The notes: generated by a model from the letters alone, not told the origin. Positions 40,175-49,576 are shown, numbered from the stretch's first letter. The stretch: DNA of 64,000 nucleotides from Candidatus Woesearchaeota archaeon (GCA_016180235.1 JACPBQ010000004.1:34940-98939); one strand, 5' to 3'. Made by a program: numbers and translations.

Positions 40175-40660
40175 CTATCTAAAGATTGTCTCGCCTTTGC
40201 TTACAATAGTAGTGACGCCTTTTATAAATAATTTTGCCTTCTCAATGTAGGTTTTCACCTCATTTGGCGATATTGCCCTCATCCTGTAATTATCCTCGCA
40301 TATGACAAACTTTTCCTTTCTTGAGAATTCCACCGGACTTTTTTTGTGCGCTATTATTATTTCCCTCAATTCTTTCATTATTTTAAGCTGCTCATCAGGA
40401 ATATTGTACTTTTTTGCGCATTTGTCCCTGAAAAGCCCGAATTTTGATGCAAAATTATCGGGAAAAGGCGGAATGCGCTTAAAAGTAAGCTCATAATGAA
40501 GAACGGAGCCCATGCTATAAGACATTGCAAGAAAAAGGTTTTCTATGGATGAAAGCAGCAGGCGGGAGTCTTTTACCAAGGGATAAGTCATAGTAATGAT
40601 GTGGTCTGCTAATTGCAGCTTTTTCATTGCCGCGTTTCTCAATTCCTGGAACTTCTCCAT
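40175..40660 (-). CDS. uncharacterized alpha-helical protein with a HEPN-like Rx5H motif; tandem paralog
   Basis: See 39706..40170; start chosen at MEKFQELRN. Confidence 0.4.
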   Translation of the reverse strand: MEKFQELRNAAMKKLQLADHIITMTYPLVKDSRLLLSSIENLFLAMSYSMGSVLHYELTFKRIPPFPDNFASKFGLFRDKCAKKYNIPDEQLKIMKELREIIIAHKKSPVEFSRKEKFVICEDNYRMRAISPNEVKTYIEKAKLFIKGVTTIVSKGETIFR

Positions 40661-40937
40661 TAAACCATCAATAGTGGAAATCAGTTTAAATATTTTTATG
40701 AAATATACAGTAAATTTGGCAAGCAATAATATAAAATCTTCTCCGCAACTATAGTGCGAGGCGTTGCTGTCTAGCACATCGCAACGCCTCGCTATTCATT
40801 GAATCAATGGCGAGGCAAAAATAGTGGAGAGGCATTTTTGCCGAGCACTAAATAATGTCGCGAAGCGACAGATTGAATATTATTGTTGGATTCTTAGTGT
40901 ACAATTAATAACCTAGATTAACATAAAAAAGAATAAA

Positions 40938-41276
40938 TTATTCCTTCAAATACATTATGGCCCTTGCCAAATCGCCGTCATTTTTTTCAATTGCATGTTT
41001 TGCTTCTTTCTCTGACGCGCCTGTCTGATCCATGACAGTCTTTATGTCATCTTCGCTTATTTCAGGCTCTGAAGACAAAGGCCTTTCGTCTATGATGCCG
41101 GAAACCTGGAAAGTCTCCTGGCCCATCATGTTGACCCTGCTTACCTGCGGATTTGCTATTACAATTTCTTTGTCTGCAGTCCTTATAATGACTTCCAAAG
41201 CTTCAATTTCCTCCTGCTTTATGCCGAGCCTTTTCATAGCCTTGGCCATGTCCCTTGGATTTATTCCCGGTATCAT
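40938..41276 (-). CDS. nac: nascent polypeptide-associated complex alpha subunit
   Basis: MIPGINPRDMAKAMKRLGI... NAC domain and a C-terminal UBA-like ...DIKTVMDQTGASEKEAKHAIEKNDGDLARAIMYL. Confidence 0.8.
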   Translation of the reverse strand: MIPGINPRDMAKAMKRLGIKQEEIEALEVIIRTADKEIVIANPQVSRVNMMGQETFQVSGIIDERPLSSEPEISEDDIKTVMDQTGASEKEAKHAIEKNDGDLARAIMYLKE

Positions 41277-41277
41277 C

Positions 41278-41451
41278 TTAAATGCCTAAAAGCCTGTTCC
41301 CGAAACTGTATAGAAACAGCATTATAACTATTACAAGAACTGAGAGTATTATTATGTGGCCCGGCTTTATCCTTATCTTGCTGTGATACTCGTCAAAGTA
41401 CCTCATCAAGCCGCCGCTTCCTGATGGTAAGTTTATTCTTTGCTGAGCCAT
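41278..41451 (-). CDS. secG: Sec61-beta/SecG-like small membrane protein (57 aa; below the ORF-track size cut-off)
   Basis: Minus-strand translation MAQQRINLPSGSGGLMRYFDEYHSKIRIKPGHIIILSVLVIVIMLFLYSFGNRLLGI, with the GLxRY motif and a single C-terminal TM typical of archaeal Sec61-beta. Confidence 0.55.
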   Translation of the reverse strand: MAQQRINLPSGSGGLMRYFDEYHSKIRIKPGHIIILSVLVIVIMLFLYSFGNRLLGI

Positions 41452-41654
41452 TTTTAAGTAGCTTATTTTTGTTATCTTATGCTGACAATCATTTCAGTTT
41501 CCATTCAATTTTATTTTTATCCGATCTTTCACAAATATTTGTTATTTCATTGTTTGATGCAAGTTTTATGTTATTTGGCATGGAAAAAAATAATTAATTA
41601 TTACCTGGATTTTCGTTTTTTTTTGGATTAAGCTGCTATTGATTATTATAAAGG

Positions 41655-42025
41655 TTGCAGGGCCAGAATAAGCCACCTTCTGTCAGGCGTTTTCGACAGC
41701 AAGGCTGTCATCGCCTGCCTTAGCATTTAACTAAGCATCTCTGGAAGCCCTCAATTCCTTCCGGAATTGAGAATTCACTGGACTTGCACCGGCCAGGGCT
41801 CACCGTTTCATCCTTTCCCATAAAGATGGTCAAGCAGTTATCTCAGCTTTCTCGCGAAAGCCTTCTTGCATATCATTCCCGATATGGGTGGTCCCGTTTC
41901 TGAGTGGTTGCCATCCGTTTCCGGATCTTGCTTCCGCAAATGGCCATATAGATTTTGGCTATAGTGGGTGGACTTTCCTCAGTTACCTCGAAAGCAACCG
42001 ACAGCTAAGTACTGACCCTGCAGCA
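41655..42025 (-). ncRNA. rnpB: RNase P RNA
   Basis: The minus strand carries the P4 strands GAGGAAAGUCCACC and ACAGAAGGUGGCUUA (CR-I/CR-V), with P1 pairing GCAGGGUCAG/CUGGCCCUGC at the ends, in a GC-rich block inside an AT-rich spacer. Confidence 0.7.
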
Positions 42026-42052
42026 AAAAGCAAGAAAACACGGTTTATAAAT

Positions 42053-42349
42053 TTAACCCTTTTTTTTGCCCTGAGCACGCATAAATTCCTTTAGGCCCTT
42101 TATCTCCTCAAGCTGCTGGAGAAGGATTCCTTCCTTTATGTCCTCTCCGATGGCAAGCATTATTATAAATATTACCATGAGAAGCCACAGGAATATCGTC
42201 TGGAGGAAGCCCCAGCTCAGCTGGCTGCCCTCTATAGCATAAACCTTGCCTATAAGCATATAGCCTATAACGAGAACGAGCAATCCCACTATGAGCAGCA
42301 TCTTTTCAAACGAGCTTGTCTTCCTTATAGTTCCCATCTTTTTTGACAT
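42053..42349 (-). CDS. small membrane protein
   Basis: Two TM helices and a K-rich C-terminus. Confidence 0.4.
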   Translation of the reverse strand: MSKKMGTIRKTSSFEKMLLIVGLLVLVIGYMLIGKVYAIEGSQLSWGFLQTIFLWLLMVIFIIMLAIGEDIKEGILLQQLEEIKGLKEFMRAQGKKKG

Positions 42350-42557
42350 TTACCCTGATTTCCCTTCTTTATATATTTTTCTTATTTGGTTTTGGCTTTG
42401 TTGAAAACCTCATTGCATTCGGGTTAGCAGCTTCAAATTTTTAATGTTATTCTTTAAGGTTGACATTCCCCGTAAGGGACGTCCCCCTTGTCAACTTGAA
42501 ATTAATTTAAAAAGAAATTTGACCTTAAGGCTGCTAACCTTCATTTTCAACAAAGCC

Positions 42558-43694
42558 TTATTTGGTTTTGCTTAATACAAAAACATCATACCGCTCTTTG
42601 CCGCTGTATATGGCTCTTTCTTCCTCTATCCTGAACTTATGCTTTGAGGAATATTTTTCCACCAGGTCTTTTTTTCCTATAACGGCAATTTTTCCCCTGG
42701 ATTCAAGGATAAATTCCGCCTGGTAAAAAAACTCATTGTAAAGCTTTTCAATGTCTTCTGCGCCGGAAGGGATTTTAGCTGCTATCTTGTTTACTTCGCC
42801 CTTGCCAAACTTGGTGTCAAGCCATTCCAGGTCCATGCGGCTGAAAGTTATCTTCTTTGCCATTCCCGCTATCTTGCTGTTTTTCTTCGCATAAGTTATG
42901 TACTTCATCGAGCTGTCAACATCGTAGATATCCAATTTTTTATCGGCTATTTTACCATCAATTTTTCTGAAGAATTTTTTGAAATCAAAGCTTTTGAACG
43001 CTTCAATCTTAAGGAAAGCAAATTTTTCCTTGTTGTAGAAATTTACCGGGAATTTAGAGGCAAAAAAAGCCGCTTCTATCGGGATAGTGCCTGAGCCAGA
43101 GAAGCAGTCAAGCAGGATTTCATCATCACTGTAGCCGGATAGCCTTACCAATGAGTAGGCGACAGTCCCTTTTACGCTTCCGGGATGGGTGAATATATTG
43201 TAGTTTCTTTTGCTCAAGTCAAAGCCAGCAAAGTCTATGCAAATATAACCTTTTTTTCCAGTAACATAGACAAAAATGACAATGCCGGGATTCATTAAAT
43301 CAACTTTTTGGCTATAATCCGACTTATTTTTTATCTCACCAATTATAATAGCTCCGAGCTCTTTTTCAATTTCCGGGGTTGATATGCTTTCATCGAAATC
43401 CTTGATGCATTTTACCCTAAAGGAGATGCTTTTGTTCAGCCACTCCTTAAAATCAATTTTTTGGATGTTTTTTTTGAAATCATTGAAAATATCCTTAAAA
43501 TCAAATTCAGAAAGAAGATAATAGACTCCTTTTGCTGACTGGGATAAGTAGCATAAAGTGAACAGGTCGTCGTATTTTTTGATTGGGAATTTGGTGCACC
43601 CTTCAGCAACAGAAGCCTTAGAGCCTATAAGCTCATTTACTTCCAAAGCTGCTATGTCTTCCATCCCCTTATGCGTTGTCAAAAATCCTTTCAT
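42558..43694 (-). CDS. THUMP-domain tRNA (guanine-N2) methyltransferase (Trm11/Trm14-like)
   Basis: N-terminal THUMP-like region and SAM motif I (LLDCFSGSGTIPIEAA). Confidence 0.65.
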   Translation of the reverse strand: MKGFLTTHKGMEDIAALEVNELIGSKASVAEGCTKFPIKKYDDLFTLCYLSQSAKGVYYLLSEFDFKDIFNDFKKNIQKIDFKEWLNKSISFRVKCIKDFDESISTPEIEKELGAIIIGEIKNKSDYSQKVDLMNPGIVIFVYVTGKKGYICIDFAGFDLSKRNYNIFTHPGSVKGTVAYSLVRLSGYSDDEILLDCFSGSGTIPIEAAFFASKFPVNFYNKEKFAFLKIEAFKSFDFKKFFRKIDGKIADKKLDIYDVDSSMKYITYAKKNSKIAGMAKKITFSRMDLEWLDTKFGKGEVNKIAAKIPSGAEDIEKLYNEFFYQAEFILESRGKIAVIGKKDLVEKYSSKHKFRIEEERAIYSGKERYDVFVLSKTK

Positions 43695-43785
43695 AATGCA
43701 TTGTTTGTTGATTCATTTTAAAAATGTTTATAATTAGAATGCCAATACTCAGCCATTAATAAAAATCAATAAGGCAATAACCCGA

Positions 43786-44217
43786 ATGAAATATAATAAC
43801 AAAATGAAAACATCCAAAAAGATACTGCTTGACACTAATTTTTTATTAGCACCGTATCAATTCAAAGTAGACATATTTTCTGAGATAGACCGGATTATAA
43901 TCGCCAAATATGAGATTATTGTGCTTGATAAAACTGTCCAGGAGCTGGAAAAAATAATCAAGAATCAGAAAGGCAAGGACAGGGAAGCAGCAAAGTTTGC
44001 ATTAAAATTAATAGAAAATAAAAAGCCAGCAATGATAAAAACCAATAATGATAGGGGAACGGATGATATTATACTCGATTATGCAGTAAAAGAAGGCTGT
44101 TTGGTAGCTACCCAAGACAAAGATTTAAAAAGGAAGCTGATTAACCAAAATATCGAGGTTATTGTCCTGAGAAAGAAAAAGTTCCTGGCAATTGCCAATG
44201 AAAAGGGCTTTGAATGA
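43786..44217 (+). CDS. PIN-domain nuclease, Fcf1/Utp24-like
   Basis: ILLDTNFLL...VATQDKDLKRKL. Confidence 0.55.
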   Translation: MKYNNKMKTSKKILLDTNFLLAPYQFKVDIFSEIDRIIIAKYEIIVLDKTVQELEKIIKNQKGKDREAAKFALKLIENKKPAMIKTNNDRGTDDIILDYAVKEGCLVATQDKDLKRKLINQNIEVIVLRKKKFLAIANEKGFE

Positions 44218-44300
44218 AGTCCTCCCGGTGCAAGGGGAAGCAGGCGCGATTTTTAGCAATATATTGCACAAATCGAGTAAAATTCATACCGAGAATCAAA

Positions 44301-44918
44301 ATGTACTACAAAACCGAGATTAAGGACCATATAAGGGTTCCTCCAAACCTTTTTGACAGGAATAAGGAAGAGGCAATACTGGCAAGGGTAAAAAAGAAGT
44401 ATGACGGGTATATCTCAAATGAATTAGGCATAGTCATAGATGTTTCCAATGTCAAGGAGATAGGGGAGGGAGTAATAATTCCGGGAGACGGCTCGGCTTA
44501 CTACGAGGCTGTTTTTGAGCTGCTGACTTTCAAGCCGGAGATGCAGGAAGTTGTTGCCGGGAAGATAAAGGACATAGTTGATTTCGGGGCTTTCATTACA
44601 TTAGGCCCCATAGACGGGATGATACATGTATCACAAACAATGGATGATTTTGTATCTTTTTCAAAGGAAAAAACCTTAGCAGGAAAGGAAAGCAAGAGAA
44701 CTCTAAAGGTAAATGACGTATGCAGGGCAAGGATAGTGGCAGTTTCGTTTAAGGATCCTCTGAATCCCAAGCTCGGCCTTACAATGAGGCAGCAAGGCCT
44801 GGGAAGACTGGACTGGATAGAGGATGAAGAGCAGAAGGAAGCTCCCAAAAAAGATACAAAAAAAGAAGGCAAGAAAGAGGCAAAGAAAGAGCACAAAAGG
44901 CCGGTCAAGGGGAAATAA
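44301..44918 (+). CDS. rpoE: RNA polymerase subunit E' (Rpb7 homolog) with a K-rich C-terminal tail
   Basis: MYYKTEIKDHIRVPP... plus an S1 domain; start taken at the internal ATG at 44301. Confidence 0.8.
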   Translation: MYYKTEIKDHIRVPPNLFDRNKEEAILARVKKKYDGYISNELGIVIDVSNVKEIGEGVIIPGDGSAYYEAVFELLTFKPEMQEVVAGKIKDIVDFGAFITLGPIDGMIHVSQTMDDFVSFSKEKTLAGKESKRTLKVNDVCRARIVAVSFKDPLNPKLGLTMRQQGLGRLDWIEDEEQKEAPKKDTKKEGKKEAKKEHKRPVKGK

Positions 44919-44935
44919 AAAAGGCATGATTTAAA

Positions 44936-45121
44936 ATGAGAAAAAAAGTATGTAAGAAATGCAAATATTTTGTTGAAGGGAACGAATGCCCAATATGCAA
45001 AGGAAACCAGTTCTCAACAAACTGGCAGGGAAGGCTATATATACTGGATGCCAACAAATCGAATATCGGGAATAAAGTAGGCATAGGTGCAAAAGGCGAA
45101 TATGCAATCAAGGTAAGGTAA
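44936..45121 (+). CDS. spt4: Spt4 / RpoE'' zinc-ribbon elongation factor
   Basis: CKKCKYF...CPICKG...WQGRLYILDANKSNIG...GEYAIKV. Confidence 0.75.
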   Translation: MRKKVCKKCKYFVEGNECPICKGNQFSTNWQGRLYILDANKSNIGNKVGIGAKGEYAIKVR

Positions 45122-45127
45122 GATTCT

Positions 45128-45499
45128 ATGGAACTTAAAATCTCGCATAAAAAGGAAGAGCCGCTGCTTTCAAGGACAAGGCTGGAAGGCGAAGTCACGT
45201 TTGACAATGCCACCCCGTCAACAAAAGAGATCAAAAGCAATGTTGCAAAAAGCATAGGCAAGGATGAGTCTTTAGTCGATATACGGGGAATCTATAACCA
45301 GTATGGGCAGAAAAAGGCAAAGGTCGTGTGCTATGCCTATGAAAACAAGGATGTTCTGAAAAAAATAAAGATTGAGGGCAAGAAAACAAAGGAGAAAGCA
45401 GGAAAAGAAGCAAAGCAGGAAGGCGCAGAAGCTAAAGAAGGCAAGGCAGAGGAAAAGAAAGAGGCTAAACAGGAAAAAGCCAAAGAGAAAAAAGAATAA
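45128..45499 (+). CDS. rps24e: ribosomal protein S24e with a K/E-rich tail
   Basis: MELKISHKKEEPLLSRTRLEGEVTFDNATPS... Confidence 0.8.
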   Translation: MELKISHKKEEPLLSRTRLEGEVTFDNATPSTKEIKSNVAKSIGKDESLVDIRGIYNQYGQKKAKVVCYAYENKDVLKKIKIEGKKTKEKAGKEAKQEGAEAKEGKAEEKKEAKQEKAKEKKE

Positions 45500-45798
45500 A
45501 GACGAATGCCAATAAAAAGAATTCAATAATAAGATAACATTAAAAAATAATAAACAATAATTAATCCCAATAAAAAATAAACAACAAAAATAATGATTAT
45601 TCAAAAATTAATAAAACAATAATAAAAACCAATGAAAATTAATTCAAAAATAAAAAAACTATTGCCTGAAATTTTTCTATAACTAACCAATAAGGAAAAA
45701 TTTCCGGATGAAAATATTTTTTCCATGCCAAATGGTATAAAGATTCCAGAAAGCAATGAAAGAACAAATAGTTGTGAACTAAGGAGATAATAACTAAG

Positions 45799-45999
45799 AT
45801 GGCAAAGAAAAAGGAAAGCAAGAGAAAGCCCATGCAGGTGTGGAAGCTCTACAAGGCTGCTGGCGGCAAAGCTGAAAGGAAGAACAGGTCATGCCCAAAG
45901 TGCGGTGTGGGGGTTTTTCTGGCTACGCACAAAGACAGAGTAACTTGCGGCAAGTGCTCTTATTCTGAATTCGGCTCTAAAAAGGAAGAGAATAAATAA
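45799..45999 (+). CDS. rps27ae: ribosomal protein S27ae (C4 zinc finger)
   Basis: CPKCGVGVFLATHKDRVTCGKCSY. Confidence 0.75.
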   Translation: MAKKKESKRKPMQVWKLYKAAGGKAERKNRSCPKCGVGVFLATHKDRVTCGKCSYSEFGSKKEENK

Positions 46000-46147
46000 A
46001 ATCGGATTCTTTATTTATCGGTACATCAATTATAAGCCATACTTCTAAAATTTCTAGACAGATTATACATTAATATTAAGTAATTTTTCTTATAAATTAG
46101 AAAAATTTAAATATAAATACATTAATATTAAGTAAAATAACTTAAGA

Positions 46148-46690
46148 ATGAAGAAAAAAGAAAGTAAAATTACTGCAAATTCTAATATCTTGAATATTCA
46201 GAGCGATAAATCATTCCAGATTCTTAAGCTTGCTTTAGATGAAATAAAAGAGAATTATGGTGTTGGCTCTGAGGAAATATTCAATTTAATCGGAAAAAAA
46301 CCATTCTCAAAAGAAACACTGATTCCGGCTTCGATTTTTGAAGCCGATGGGCTAAGCGCTCTGGAAGCTGTTTGCAAGTACCTGAAAGAAGAGCTGGATC
46401 TTAATTACAGTAAAATCGCCTCGGTATTAAGCAGGGACAGCAGAACAATATGGACAACATATAATATTGCCTGCAAAAAAAGAAAAGAAAGACTGCCCGC
46501 AAAGGAATCTAAGTTCTTTATTCCCGCTTCAATTTTTACTGACAGGAAACTGAGCGTTCTTGAGGCCATTGTCGGCTATCTTAGGGATAAATTCAGGCTG
46601 CGATATACCGAGATTGCTGCTTTGCTGAATAGGGATGAGAGGAACATGTGGTCGGTTTATAACAGGTACAAGAAGAAAAATGGAAAATAA
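46148..46690 (+). CDS. tandem double-HTH protein (two sigma-70-region-4-like repeats); paralog of 50970..51488
   Basis: Internal ~55-aa repeats IPASIFEADGLSALEAVCKYLKEELDLNYSKIASVLSRDSRTIWTTY and IPASIFTDRKLSVLEAIVGYLRDKFRLRYTEIAALLNRDERNMWSVY. Confidence 0.5.
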   Translation: MKKKESKITANSNILNIQSDKSFQILKLALDEIKENYGVGSEEIFNLIGKKPFSKETLIPASIFEADGLSALEAVCKYLKEELDLNYSKIASVLSRDSRTIWTTYNIACKKRKERLPAKESKFFIPASIFTDRKLSVLEAIVGYLRDKFRLRYTEIAALLNRDERNMWSVYNRYKKKNGK

Positions 46691-47648
46691 GGAACTGCTC
46701 GAAATCTGGAAGAGGAAGCTGGCTGAGCTAGAGAATAAAGTCAAAAAACTGGAAAATAACAGAAAAGCCCTTCTTAATCTGATTGATGAGGCAAAGACAA
46801 ACCGGAATGTAAACCTAAGCATTCTGCTGAAAGACCTGAATTTGGAAGAAGAAATTTCCTATCTGGATGACAAGGTTAAATTCCATAAAGAGAATGTTCC
46901 GAGGCTTAAAAACAAGATAGAGAAGTTAAAGATAAAAATTTCGCAGCAGGAGATTGAGGACAAGCTTCTAAGCCAGCAACTGCAAGATTTAGAGAAAGAA
47001 GCTGCAGGGACATCATGGGAAGAAAATAAGGATGAAGAAGAAGGATCGATAGAGAAAGAATATGAAAAAATACCTGCAAGGATACCGAGCCCGGAAGAAA
47101 TTGAGGAGGATGCAGCAAGAATTAGGTCAGAATATGAAGAAACAGAAAAGATAAGGGCGCAGGTAAAGGAATTATTTGCGGACAGAAAAGAGGCAAAAAA
47201 ACCATTAAATCTTAAAGAGGCCCTAGGGGCAATATTAAAACCGATAGGGAAAATTGCTGAAAAAACAAAGGAATTTGACGCGCAAAAGATTATAAGGCCG
47301 TTGGCAAAAGCCAAAAAACCCTTTGAAAATATTTCTGAAAAAATAAGCAAACTTGAAAGGCAGAAAATAATAAGGTATGCGCTTCCTGCAATTATGCTTG
47401 TATTCCTTGTAAGCGTTTTATTTGTCTCGAAACCTGAAATTACCGGTTATGCAGTCCTGACAGAGAAAAACACCTATGAGGATAACCTGAATCTTATTAT
47501 TAACGAGAGCGGGAATTATACCTGGGCTGTTGACAAATCCGGCAATATAGAATCCATTAAAGCCAGCGGCAGGGTCAAGGGCAATGGCAGTGTAAAAGTT
47601 TATATCGAGAAAGATGGGGAAAGGCATCTGATATATGGCAATAAATAG
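46680..47648 (+). CDS. bitopic membrane protein: ~230-aa cytoplasmic coiled coil, TM, small extracellular domain starting EITGYAVLTEK
   Basis: Heptad-rich K/E N-terminus, hydrophobic helix AIMLVFLVSVLFV, then a domain shared with the next gene. Confidence 0.5.
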   Translation: MENKELLEIWKRKLAELENKVKKLENNRKALLNLIDEAKTNRNVNLSILLKDLNLEEEISYLDDKVKFHKENVPRLKNKIEKLKIKISQQEIEDKLLSQQLQDLEKEAAGTSWEENKDEEEGSIEKEYEKIPARIPSPEEIEEDAARIRSEYEETEKIRAQVKELFADRKEAKKPLNLKEALGAILKPIGKIAEKTKEFDAQKIIRPLAKAKKPFENISEKISKLERQKIIRYALPAIMLVFLVSVLFVSKPEITGYAVLTEKNTYEDNLNLIINESGNYTWAVDKSGNIESIKASGRVKGNGSVKVYIEKDGERHLIYGNK

Positions 47649-47907
47649 CATGCCAATAATAAAAACAATCAGCCAGATAATGCCAATAGGGAATAATTCA
47701 ATATAAAAAACACCAATCATTAATCAATAAAAACACGGCAATAATAAAAAATCAAAAAAATAAAAACCGGCAAATAATTCAAAAATAATAACCGAAAAAA
47801 TACCAAATAAAAAATAATAGAGATTAAGCAGGTGAATAATAAAAGTAACCGACAAAACAATAAATTTTATTAAGTTACTTTGAAATAAATAATCTTAAGG
47901 CAAAAAT

Positions 47908-48834
47908 ATGCGCAAAAAAGCGAAAAAGAGGGACAAAAACAGGATAAATGCAGCAATTGTGCTAGTGGCCGTAATTGTCCTTGCATCCGGGATTCTTATT
48001 TTCAAAAAGCCTTCCATTACAGGATTTGCTGTGCTGACCGAGGAAAAGACTTATGATGATAACTTAAATTTGGTTGTGAATGAAAGCAAAGAGGTTATAT
48101 GGAACTTAAGGAATCCCGGAGACCTAAAAACAATAAAAGCTACCGGGGCTATAAGCAGGAACGGAAGCGCTAAAGTTTATATCCAGAAAGACAATGAGAG
48201 GGTTTTGCTCTTTGACAGCACCAAAGTCCTGTTTGACGTGAATGTGCAGGTGCTGCCGGACTATAAAAAAATATTCCAGGGAGAGGAGCTGCTTATACAG
48301 ATTGTACTGTTTAATTTAAAGGGTTTTGGGAGCGCTGATGTGGATGTCAAGTATTCCATAAAAGACCCGCATGGAGCCTTAATAGCTGCCGAGGAGGAAA
48401 TTGTTACTGTGGAGACCCAGGCCAAGTTTGTAAGGAAACTGCTTATACCTTCTGACTTAAAGGCGGGAGCCTATGTCGCTTTTGTTGAAGTAAAGACGCC
48501 TGACGGCCTGGTCGGGACAAGCTCTGATGTTTTTGAGGTAAATTCAAGGTTTGAGGAAAAACATCCGATACAGATTAAATATGTTATATCCGGCCTTGCT
48601 ATATTTATTATATTAATAATTATAATTATTTTCTTAACATACTTGTTTAAAAGAATTAAGAAGAAGAAAAAGGCCATAGAGGTAAAAGAAGGAATGCCAA
48701 AAGAGAAAACAGAAAAATTGGAAAAAGAGCTGGCTGCCATGGAAAGCGCGTTTAAATCCGGGCTTATTTCTGAGGAATCCTATATGAAGGATAAGGGGAG
48801 GATTGAGAAGCAACTTGGCAGGTTGGGAAAATAA
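47908..48834 (+). CDS. membrane protein: N-TM, extracellular domain (SITGFAVLTEEK...), C-TM, cytoplasmic SHOCT-like tail
   Basis: Extracellular domain homologous to that of 46680..47648; C-terminal ...SGLISEESYMKDKGRIEKQL resembles a SHOCT motif. Confidence 0.5.
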   Translation: MRKKAKKRDKNRINAAIVLVAVIVLASGILIFKKPSITGFAVLTEEKTYDDNLNLVVNESKEVIWNLRNPGDLKTIKATGAISRNGSAKVYIQKDNERVLLFDSTKVLFDVNVQVLPDYKKIFQGEELLIQIVLFNLKGFGSADVDVKYSIKDPHGALIAAEEEIVTVETQAKFVRKLLIPSDLKAGAYVAFVEVKTPDGLVGTSSDVFEVNSRFEEKHPIQIKYVISGLAIFIILIIIIIFLTYLFKRIKKKKKAIEVKEGMPKEKTEKLEKELAAMESAFKSGLISEESYMKDKGRIEKQLGRLGK

Positions 48835-49102
48835 GGCTGCATTCAAATGATTTCTTGAGAAGGTAGACAAAGCCAAAAATGGCAACTGAGCCAATAATAT
48901 ACAAACCAGCAATAATGGAGAACAAAAGATATATTCCAACGAAAAAATGCCAATAAGGAATCAGCCAAAACCCATGCCAATTATAATATCCGATAAAACT
49001 ACCATACAAGTCAAATAAAAAATAAAAAGCAACAACAATATGATGGCTAGCTATATTTGAACGATTTTCTGATTGCTCTTTTGAATGGTTATTTGAAAGA
49101 AT

Positions 49103-49576
49103 CTATTTAATATTGGAATTTTTCACTTTATTAAGCTCTGCAACGAGGTTGTCTATTAATTCAACCGGTATAGAGATGCCTGTGGTGATTGTGTGATTGC
49201 CAAGCCTATTCTGCCTTTTTTCGTGTATGCATACAAAGTTTCCTTCCCTGTTTTTAACTGAGCTGATAGAATATTTGGCTTTGCCGCCATCATATTCATT
49301 CAAATGATTCATGGTTCCATTATGGTAATAAACATCCAAGTTTCCCCTAGATATTTTGTGGGCCTGGGCTGTGCAGCTTAGTATTTCCAGATGGTGCCAG
49401 ATTGTGGAGTACGTCATTCCTGTAGCTTCCCTTATCTGGGATATCGTAATGCCATCCTCGTTAAGGTCCAGTATTTTCTTTAGCAGGTTGCTTACATATT
49501 CTTCCTTTTCTTTAGCTGGTAAAGTCTTGAAAGCTTCCTTTTCCAAAATTTCCTTAGGCAAGTTGATATTGGCCAT
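49103..49576 (-). CDS. winged-helix transcriptional regulator
   Basis: ITISQIREATGMTYSTIWHHLEIL HTH; TATA-like ctatataaa upstream. Confidence 0.55.
   Translation of the reverse strand: MANINLPKEILEKEAFKTLPAKEKEEYVSNLLKKILDLNEDGITISQIREATGMTYSTIWHHLEILSCTAQAHKISRGNLDVYYHNGTMNHLNEYDGGKAKYSISSVKNREGNFVCIHEKRQNRLGNHTITTGISIPVELIDNLVAELNKVKNSNIK

Noticed and set aside
41888-42094. 68-aa plus-strand ORF
   Set aside because: Overlaps RNase P RNA, and the GC-rich block is explained by RNA structure.
45500-45790. Possible CRISPR array in A-rich repetitive spacer
   Set aside because: No regular repeat-spacer periodicity, no palindromic repeat unit and no cas genes; it is simple AT-rich low complexity.
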